The translations under genes were made by a program, and so were the position numbers. This document shows positions 30,501 through 40,600 of a stretch of 64,000 nt of DNA, piece by piece. Every line of letters starts with the position of its first letter. The stretch's first letter is position 1. The notes under the pieces are model-generated. The model ran no database searches. It was not told the DNA's origin and saw only the letters and a program-made list of their open reading frames with translations. The stretch comes from Myxococcota bacterium (lineage in GTDB: Bacteria > Myxococcota_A > SURF-8 > G963663525): contig CAXXVK010000062.1 in NCBI GenBank assembly GCA_963676915.2, positions 1 through 64,000 on the forward strand, written 5' to 3'.

Positions 30501-33500
30501 TCCACGGGTCGTTTCGGTGATAGCGATGGTGCAATGGTATTCTCCTACACCGACAACGACGAGCGTATCGAACTACCCAAAGTACTTTCCGGCACATACA
30601 CTCAACTGACGGTTAGTGTCTGGTTCTACGTGCCTAGCGACAGAACACGAACCAACCTGTCCTTGTTCCGTTACGACGCGGGCTACAACGGGATAGGCAT
30701 AGAAGTAAGAGGAGATGGATTGATTGAGATGGGTATCGGTTGGCAACGGTACGGATCATTTCAATTCATCTCATTTTCCTCTTGGCCAGGATTTCTACGA
30801 CCGCTGGCACCACTTGGCGTTCGTGTATCGGGACGAAGGATATAAGTATTATCTCGATGCCATACCACAGGTTCCCAGTTATGAAAACAACACGCCGCTT
30901 CCTGAATTCGACGCCGACATGAATTTCCAGAATTTCGGTCTCGGCAACATCGTTTTCCTCGAACTCGACCGACAGTTCACCGGTTCTGTCGATGAAGTAA
31001 TGATCTTCGGACGGGCTTTGAGTGTCGAGGAACTCCGTGCTTACGTTGCATCTAACGCACCTTATGGAACCACGACCGTCCCTGGTGCTCAAGCGGACTT
31101 CGACGACCTGCGCGTGACTCAGAAAAGCAACGTGATTACGGCAGCTTCCAGCGAGCACCTTACGCCGCACGAAATCCTCGGTCCGCGTCCGCATTCCGAC
31201 ACGGCTTGTCCTACGGACTTCGATAGCCTATCGGTGGATCAGATTCCACACATCGCCGACCGCGAAGATTTATGCGGCGTGGTGGGCTACTGGAAACTGG
31301 ATGGAAACTCCCGAGATTCCAGTGGAAACGGCTACGATGGGACGAATAACGGCGCGAGTACGACTCGTGGACGCTTTGGAGATGACGCCGGAGCGATGGC
31401 ATTTTCCTACGAAGATAACGACGAATACATCAATCTCCCGAAGATGTTGTCCGGTACGTATACCGAAATGACCGTCGAGACGTGGGTGTACGTGCCTGGA
31501 GACACCACCAGAGGTACTTTGTCCGTATTCCGCTATCAGGCTGCATACAATGATATCACCATCGATTTTCACCCATCCTAATCGACGCTTCGCAACGACT
31601 TTCGGTGGCAACGGAGTAGATCAATACAATTATTACTACTGGAACGTGGACGAAAGCATTTACGACCGCCTGGCATCATCTGGCACTTGTGTACAAAAAT
31701 GAGGATCATTTCATGTATTTGGACGGCCAGCCGTTGACTGGAGAACTTGGATACAATCAAGCGCTCCCTGAATACGACGCCGATCTGAATTTCGCAGCGG
31801 TGGCTATCGGTAATTTGTCGGATCAACTCGGCATGAACTGGCAGTTTACCGGCTCTATCGATGAAGTCCTCATCCACTCGGTCGCCAAGTCGCCCGAGTA
31901 CATCTACCGACGTGCCAACCCCGGTGTGCCGACCTTGCGTTTCCTGGCACACACCGAACCGGAGGACACCGTGGGTGACAGCTCCGGCGTATGGCCTTGG
32001 ATGTACTATGCTTTGAACTGGGGGAACGAGGTTCCCATGCATCCGGTGCAGATGGCCCACCAAAACTACGATGAAAACAGCCGCTTCTGTTACGGTCTGC
32101 TCAACGAATGCACCGGCTATGCAGGCTGGTGGCGGTTCAACGAAGGTGCGGGAACCATCGCCGTGGATTCGAGTGCGAATAAGAATAACGGAGATTTTTA
32201 TAGCGATCCCGAATGGGTTGCAGGATATGAAGGGACTGCGCTGGAACTTGACGGGAGTAACGATCACGTTCGAATTCCCGACCACGATAGTTTGGATCTG
32301 GCGACGTATTCCTTAGAGGCGGTATTCTGGAAGTACAGCAGTCAAGACCAGATGAATATCATCGTCAAGGGTATGCCGGGAGACCCTGCCAATACGAACT
32401 ATTTGCTTGAGTATCACGAGGAAGACACCAACTTCCTTCGTGTGGGCTTCGAGTACAATTCCGGAGCGAATGCCATCATGGATTATGACGCCTCTCTGCC
32501 CAATGATTGGACCGAGATTCAAAATACCTATGATGGTGAGTCGCTCTATGCAACTATCAACAATGACGAATCATTGGCAATGTCCATGCTTCAGTCCAAC
32601 ACGCCCGGCACTTCAACCACGGGTTTGAGTCTCGGCGGAGCTTACAATCAGGACTTCCCGGTGGATGGTCTCATCGATTCCATTCGCATCATGAACCGCG
32701 CCCTGGCTCCCGACGAATTCCTGCACTATCCGCTGGCAAGTATAGCGCTGGGAGATCTTACGACCTCCGATGGAACCACCGCGCTGGACTCCGACGGCGA
32801 TGGTATCCCCGACGACGGTGACGGCTCGCTGGCTTCGGGAGATAATCCCTGCATGGGACCGGACGACACCGATTGCGACGACAACTGCCCGACCGTGGTC
32901 AATCCCGACCAGGCTGACGCCGATGGCGACGGATACGGCGACTTCTGCGACGGGTGGGTGGCTATCCAAGCCGGAACCTTCTGGATGGGTTCGCCGGATG
33001 GGGTGAGCTGTCCGGCGGGATATCCGGGAGTCTGCAATGCAGAGGATGGGAGAGTCGCCGGAGAGGAACCCTTGCACGAAGTGACGTTGACCTACGATTT
33101 CGAGATGATGCGATACGAAACGTTGCAGGGCGATTTCGAAGACTTGATGAGTTGGAACCCGAGTAATTCGGAATACCTCGGTCCATTGAAATCCGTAGGG
33201 AACGTGAGTGGATACGATGCTTTAGCCTATGCTAACCAATTGTCGATACAAGCAGGCTTAACGCCCTGTTATGTGATGTCGGAAGTCGTCTGTGAGGATG
33301 CTTCCTCGCAGGGGGCCAACTACATGGCTTGTATCAACGAGACACAGGGCGGTATCCAATCGGCGACTGTTGATTTTGCCGACAATGCTGTCAAACCGCA
33401 GCAATGTGAAGGATACCGGTTGCCGACCGAAGCCGAGTGGGAATACGCCATTCGTGCAGGGAACCAATACTCACCGTTCTACCTCAGTGATGGCAATGAT

Positions 33501-36170
33501 GGAAGCATTACATACACCGATGGGGAAACCCTCGATCCGAATCTGAATCAAATCGCGTGGTATGCCGCAAACTCAGATTTAGAGACCCATGAAGCGGGTC
33601 AAAAAGAACCGAACGATTGGGGTTTGTACGATATGAGCGGTAACCAGTGGGAGAAAGTCTGGGATAACTTCTGCGCCGCTTATGCGACCGGAGTCGATCC
33701 CGATGGGAGTGAATGCGAAAGTTCGACACAGGTCATACGTGGAGGAAGTATTCATGATCCTGCACTCAACTGCCGATCGGCCAGTCGGGAGGACTACTCG
33801 TTTGGGACGCGCATGATCGGTATGGGTTTCCGGCTGGTAAGGACGTTGCAAGACCCTGAAAATCCTGATCGAGACAGCATCCCTGCTGACGACGGCGACG
33901 GTACCAGCGACCCCTGCGCGGATGGAAACACTGCAAGCTGTGACGACAACTGCCCGGACGATTACAACCCAGGTCAGGAAGACATGGATGCCGATGGCAT
34001 CGGCGACATCTGCGACCCCGACCGGGATGGCGATGGTCTGGACAACGATGTGGAAACCGATACCGGTGTGTTCACCGATGCTAACGATACCGGAACCAAC
34101 CCTGATGCAGTCGACTCGGACGGGGATGGCTACGATGATGGTTGGGAAGTGGCCAACGGCTACGATCCCAACGATTTTGGAAGCAACCCGTATCGTGACG
34201 AATGGGTGGCTATCGACGCCGGAACGTTCTGGATGGGCACGCCGGATGGGGATTGCCCGGCGGGATATCCGGGGACGTGTATCACCGAACCGGGAAGAAA
34301 CTCCAACGAAGAACTCCACGAAGTGACGTTGACCTACGATTTCGAGATGATGCGGTATGAAGTGACTCAGGCAGAGTGGCAAGCGGCATTCGGGAACAAT
34401 CCGAGCTATTTCGGTCCAAACGGTGATGGAACCAACAGCGGCGATGACGGTCCTGTAGAACGAGTTAATTGGTACGAAGCTTTGGCCTATGCCAATTGGT
34501 TGTCACAACAGGAAGGGTTGACGCCTTGTTACGAGTTGACCGAATGCGTTGGTACCTTGGGTGGCGGCTGTGTTTCTTCTCAACCCCATTGCAACAGTAT
34601 CCAACTACAACTTTATGAATGCACTGCAACCCTTGCAGAGGGCTTTTCGAAACCTCAGGAATGTACCGGTTATCGATTGCCTACCGAAGCGGAATGGGAA
34701 TATGCCATTCGTGCGGGAAATCAATACACGACGCTGTACACGAGTGAAGGCAACGACGGTTCGTTAACCTCGACGGATTGCACGCTGGACAACAATCTCG
34801 ATCAAATCAGTTGGTACTGCGGAAATTCGGATTCCAGAGCGCATTCCAAAGGTGGCAAGGAGGCCAATGCCTGGGGGCTTTACGACATGTCCGGGAACAT
34901 CAGTGAGTGGATATGGGACTATTACGAAGAAGACTACGGTACCGATGCCGTTACCGATCCGGTCGGGGAAACGTCGTTCTGGGCGCACGATGTACGAGGT
35001 GGTACGTTTGAGTATGAAGCAAGGATGGTACGTTCTGGCTATCGAAACTATATCACCACAGCAAATGGCTCTTATCACATCGGTTTCCGGCTGGTTCGTT
35101 CGTTGCACCCAGAAAGTTGCGATTCCAATACCTGTAACAGCCACGGCACCTGTGACGATACTAGCGGTTTTGCCCTATGCACCTGCAATACAGGCTTTAC
35201 CGGGCAGGATTGCGGTACTTGTGCCGAAGGTTACGAGGGATACCCGGATTGCCAACTTGTTGGCACTCCGGGATTTGTCTCCATCGACGTCGGAACGTTC
35301 TGGATGGGTTCGCCGGATGGGGATTGTCCGACGGGATATCCGGGGACGTGTATTGTCGAGTCGGGACGAGACGCAGAAAGTGAAGAACTTCATGAAGTGA
35401 CCTTGACCTACGATTTCGAGATGCAAGCGCTTGAAGTGACGGAGAGTGAATTCGAGAGGGTGATGAGTTGGAACCCGGTGGATACGTTCGATTCGGTTTG
35501 TACCTATGGCTGTGGAGATGACCATCCGGTGAAGTCCGTGTCCTGGTACGACATGCTGGCCTATGCTAATCAATTGTCTTTGGAAGCGGATCTGACGGCG
35601 TGTTATGTGTTTTCGAATGTACAGTGCGTGGACGACTCGACCCATGGCTCGGATGCCATGGCCTGTATGGATCCCACCCATAGCGGTATCAAGTCGGCGA
35701 CGGTGACGTTGGCAGGGGATGCGACGAACCCGCAGGATTGCGAGGGATATCGTTTGCCTACTGAGGCGGAGTGGGAATATGCAGCGCGTGCGGGTACAAC
35801 AACGGCTTTCTATAATGGGGGTATCACTTACACGGGAAACTCGCCCATTGACCCGAATCTGGATTTGATCGGCTGGTATGGCGGGAATTCAAGCAGTACG
35901 TCACATCCTGTTGGCAGCAAAAATGCGAATGACTGGGGTTTGCACGATATGAGCGGCAACGCATGGGAGTGGACCTGGGACTGGTTCCAGGGAGCTTATG
36001 AGACCGATGTGGCGACCGATCCTGTTGGACCAAGTACTGGCTCGGAACACGTCTTACGTGGCGGCAATTGGGGTTTTTACACGCAGCACTGCCGATCGGC
36101 GTTCCGAGATGGCTACACGCCCGATAGTCGCGCGAGCCACTTCGGTGGCCGCATAGTCCGCACCTTGTAA
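21513..36170 (+). CDS. Giant modular surface lipoprotein (~4900 aa reconstructed across about a dozen frameshifts): Ig-like, Cys/EGF repeats, TSP3 Ca-binding repeats, fibrinogen-like, 3 LamG and 5 FGE-sulfatase domains
   Basis: Lipobox AGGC; overlapping ORFs from 21513 to 36170 join inside recognisable domains (DTIPP...RFSEPMN...LFTPDTPL; DNCP..N.DQ.D.DGIGDVCD; CDMTTDGGGWTLV; YRLPTEAEWEYA...GFRLVR; GYWKLDG); no internal signal peptide seen. Confidence 0.7.
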
Positions 36171-36371
36171 GACCCCAACGATTTCGACCGCGACGGCGGG
36201 GAATAACTCCCTTTTGGCAATTCGAGAATGATTTTCCAACTTGCCCTAGAAGGCTCTGCCTTGTAAACTTGTGAAGCGATGAGATTGGTAGCGACCTCAT
36301 CGCTTCATTTGTTTGTACCCTTTAAAAACTACGTAACACATAGAGTTCATTGGGGGTTTATCGAGTCTGAA

Positions 36372-36854
36372 ATGAAGAAGAAAGCGGCAGATAGCCCATT
36401 CGACTGGGCGGGAAAAATCCTTTCCCGGCGGGAGCATTCCGAGGCGGAATTGCGCCGAAAGATGAAGACCAAAGGTTTCATCACCGAGGATATTGAAAAA
36501 ACCTGTTCTCGGCTGAAAGAACTGGGCTGGCTGGACGACGCCCGTTTTGCTACCATATTTACGAGGGATCTCGTAGAAGTTCGGCACCTTGGTCCGTTTG
36601 CCGTTCGAACGAAACTGCGGGAAAAAGGACTGGAAGACGATATCGTCGAGCGTGCCTTGTCGGAAGTCTCGAACCCCGAGGCCGAACGCCGACGCTTACG
36701 GCAGTGGATCGAGCGTCGCAGCCGGAGTTTGAACGAATCCGATCCGAGAAAACGGCGAGACAAATTGTTCCGCTTTCTTGCACAAAAAGGGTTCGAAATG
36801 GACATGATCCGCAACGTACTCGAAGAAACGATGGATGGTTTCGATGATGAATGA
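36372..36854 (+). CDS. recX: Regulatory protein RecX
   Basis: LSRREHSEAELRRKM, LDDARFA, GP..VR.KLREKG, KLFRFLAQKGF. Confidence 0.92.
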   Translation: MKKKAADSPFDWAGKILSRREHSEAELRRKMKTKGFITEDIEKTCSRLKELGWLDDARFATIFTRDLVEVRHLGPFAVRTKLREKGLEDDIVERALSEVSNPEAERRRLRQWIERRSRSLNESDPRKRRDKLFRFLAQKGFEMDMIRNVLEETMDGFDDE

Positions 36855-37356
36855 CACTTTGATGCAGCGTTTCGCCTCGGTGAAACTGCTGGTTCTGGAT
36901 GTCGATGGCGTACTGACCGATGGTGGCATCTACTTTGGACCAGGCGGGGAAACCTGGCGTCGTTTTTTCGCCCCCGACGGCCTAGGATTAAAAGCCATGG
37001 CACGATTGGGAGTGCCTTCGGCGATCATCACCGGGTTGGAGTCTGAATCGGTGTCGTTTCGTGCTGAAAGCCTGGGAATCGATCTGGTGATGCAAAATTG
37101 CAAACAAAAAGATCAAAGCTTGCATGAATTACTAGAAAAAACCGGTCACAAAGCCAGCGAGCTCGCGTTCGTTGGGGATGACCTGATCGACCTGCCGGCC
37201 TTGCGACTCGTCGGTCTGCCCATCGCCGTTCTCAATGCTCACCCGGAAGTCAAGGCCGTGGCTCGATACATCACGCGCAAACCGGGAGGATACGGAGCCG
37301 TAAGGGAAGTATGCGAGATGATCTTGCAGGCGAAAGGGCAGGGGATCGAGTATTAA
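36844..37356 (+). CDS. kdsC: KDO 8-phosphate phosphatase (HAD family)
   Basis: LVLDVDGVLTDG, DGLG, IITG, FVGDDLIDLP, GGYGAVREVCE. Confidence 0.92.
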   Translation: MMNDTLMQRFASVKLLVLDVDGVLTDGGIYFGPGGETWRRFFAPDGLGLKAMARLGVPSAIITGLESESVSFRAESLGIDLVMQNCKQKDQSLHELLEKTGHKASELAFVGDDLIDLPALRLVGLPIAVLNAHPEVKAVARYITRKPGGYGAVREVCEMILQAKGQGIEY

Positions 37357-37524
37357 ACGTTTCCATCTCGCTTAAATGGTCCATGAACCTTCCATAGAAC
37401 CTCACCTCTTTCGAAAAACAAAAAACCTATTGAAATAACAAGGGATTTTGCTGGTGGATAGTGTGTTTGTCTATCATGTCCATTGGTATGCTTATCGATT
37501 CTTTCAAATCAAAAAGGGAAGTTG

Positions 37525-37552
37525 TTGACAGCATGTCTTAAGATGTTAAGCT
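37525..37552 (+). promoter_or_regulatory. Putative sigma70 promoter
   Basis: TTGACA-16 nt-TAAGCT with TGn extension, 62 nt upstream of ATG 37615. Confidence 0.45.
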
Positions 37553-37614
37553 GCATGAATCTTTTGTAATCATTGGTAAAAAACTATACTTAAATTTTTT
37601 AACGAGGGATTGCC

Positions 37615-40600
37615 ATGAGTCGTATTTTCATCACGTTTTTCGCCTTCATGCTGATGATTTTCTGGATTTCCGGCTGTGAAGAGGATGGAAGCACCGTTTG
37701 GGAACAGGAAGGAGACAAGGATACGGAAAGCTCCGACCAGGACTCGAACAATAACGGTGATGTGGATATCTGGGAAATCACCGATCAGGAAACGATGTGC
37801 GTACCGTTTTCCCGCACTTGCTTCGGAAACTCGGTGTTCATTTGCAGCAACGACGGTTCCAGCTATCTCGAACCGGAAGATTGTCTGGAAGGACAGTTCT
37901 GCAAAGACGGTTCTTGTCACAACGAGCTTTGTGAACCGAACTCCATTATCTGTTCGGACGAGTTTTCCTATTCGATTTGCACGGCCGACGGTTCCGGTTA
38001 CGGAGAAGCTCTTAGTTGTGGTGCAGGGCGGTATTGCCGGGCTGGTGTCTGCAACGTTCAATTGTGCGAACCCAATGAACTGGGTTGCATTGGCAACGAA
38101 ACCGCTCAATGTGCGTCCGACGGTTCGGGCTGGGGGACATCGACTCCCTGCGGAGATATGAAATATTGCAAAGCTGGAGCGTGCCTGGACAAAGTGTGTC
38201 AACCCAATACCTGGGATTGCGACGGAACAAGCGCCAAGCGCCAGTGCAAAGCGGATGGGTCGGGGTGGATCGATCCTGAATCCTGTTTGGAAAGCGAATA
38301 CTGCCAAAGCGGTAGTTGTTTTCCACGCATTTGTTTTCCAGAAGAGACCGTATGCGAAGGCAATGCCGTCAAAACGTGCAACGATCTGGGATCGGGGTAT
38401 GGTGAACCGGTAGCCTGCGAAGCCAGCGAAAGCTGCATCGCAGGAGACTGCCAGCCTACCGCCTGCACACCGAACAGCAAAACCTGTAGTGGAAACAATG
38501 TGTTAACCTGTTTGCCAAGTGGCAATGGATATAGCGAACCAAGTGAATGCCCGGATTCGACCTATTGCGAGGCAGGGGCCTGTGAAAACCAGGTTTGCAC
38601 GCCGCTTTCCCGAAAATGTAACGAAAATGGGGAAGTTGTCACCTGCAAAAGCAACGGATCTTCCTGGGGAGTTCCAACCACTTGCGGGGATGATACGTAT
38701 TGCTCCGAAGGATATTGCCTGAATCAGATTTGCGAACCGGGAGATTCGGTTTGTGAAGATCTCTATTCCTACATGACGTGCAACGAACAAGGCTCCGGTT
38801 ACGGTGACGCTTCGAATTGCGGAGAAAACAAAGTCTGTATCAGTGGAGATTGCGTAGATCAAACCTGTGAACCGAATTCGACACGCTGCGAAGGCAACAG
38901 CGTTGTGGTCTGTCACCCGGACGGAACAGGATACTCCACGCCTCGCGATTGTGGAGAGGACAGCTATTGTCAGGATGGAACCTGCCATACACAGGTCTGC
39001 GAACCCTTCGAAAACAGTTGTGACGGCAACAGTGTCTTGACGTGCAACGAACAAGGGTCAGGCTGGGGAGATCCCGTGCCTTGCGGCGACAACACTTATT
39101 GTCGCTCTGGGCGTTGTGAAGAATTGCTGTGTGAACCGAATGAATACATCTGCTCGGACAATTTCCACTACCGCCTTTGCAACAACGATGGGACCGATTG
39201 GGGGGACGAGCACTCCTGTCCGGCTAACCAATATTGCGAAGACGGGGGATGTCTGGATCAGGTCTGCGAACCCGATGAGCGGCAGTGTTTAAGCAGCACC
39301 AGTTATCGTGTCTGTGATGCCAAAGGTTCGGCATGGTTGCCGGATAGCACATGTATAGATAACGATGTTTGTTACGAAGGCGCTTGTCACGATCCAAACG
39401 ACGTTCCAGACCCGACGATTGAAGTCTCGTTCGTTCGTCCGCAACCCGGCTCTACCATGGAACTCACGCAAGGAGAAAATCTCGGGATTTTGGTCAATGC
39501 GGTGATGAACAGCGGGTCGATCGCTTCGGTAGACCTTCTTGTGGATGGCGAGCTTTTCCAGTCCGATTCCGAACTGCCTTACGAATTCGATTATTTAGTG
39601 CCGACAACGGCGCAGACCGGCGCGGTTTTCGAACTGGAAGCCCGTGCGAATGGAAGTAACGGACGCTACAATCTTTCGGAAGCCTCTTTCATTGAAGTAC
39701 GCAACGACCCACCCATGGCCGTGTTTACGGCGACGGTTTCGGGGGATCGGCTGGCTACGGTGGATGCATCGGCCTCGGAAGATCGTGAAACGCCGGGCGA
39801 GGAGTTGGAGGTGCGTTGGGATTGGGAAAACGACGGGACGTTCACCGAATGGACCACCGAAAAAGTCGCCTCCCACGAATACGCGGACTACGGTGAATAC
39901 ACCATCGCCATGGAAGTGCGGGATGGCGTGAATCAGACGGCTTCGACGACGAAGATTGTAAGTTTCAGCGACACGGATTACGTCGGCGGTGAAATCAGCG
40001 AAAGCACGACCTGGTACGGTACTATCGTGATTACCGGGGACGTCATCGTACCCAACGGAGTTACGTTGACCGTTTCGGAAGGCACGCAGGTGCTGTTTGT
40101 TTTCCAGGATACTCAGCCGGAAGACGGTGTTGGCGATTATGGAATCACCGTGGAATCCGGCGGAAAACTGCTGGTGGAAGGAACCGGAACATCTCCTGTG
40201 TTGTTCAGTAGTTATGGAACCGACCATAGGACGAGCGGTGCTTGGGAGGAAATCGCGATATCGGGCTCCGAGTCGAGCATCGAAGGCGCGGTGATCGAGT
40301 ATGGAGACAAATGTCTCGACTGGAAAACCAACGGGTCGATGAGCGACCTTGAGGTTCGGACCTGCAAATCCTGGGGAGTACGTCTCACTGGTTCTGGAGC
40401 GTCGAACGTTTCGGCGTCCTTGCTGTCGATTCACGGTTGCAATGATGTGGGGCTACTCGTCGAATCCGGTAGCACCAATTATGCTTTCGAATCCTATATT
40501 GCTTACGAAAACGGCGGGGCGGGAGCTTCTTTCCAAAGCGCGGGAAGCGGAATGCTCGATGGTTGCGACATTTCCGACAACGGAACCTCCGGTATTCTCG

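Noticed and set aside
27735-36170. Complete diversity-generating retroelement in the window
   Set aside because: No reverse transcriptase, avd or AAC-rich non-coding template; the FGE copies differ at all base types
27735-36170. Formylglycine-generating enzyme activity
   Set aside because: The RGGS region lacks the catalytic Cys pair of true FGE; the non-catalytic lectin-like fold is more likely
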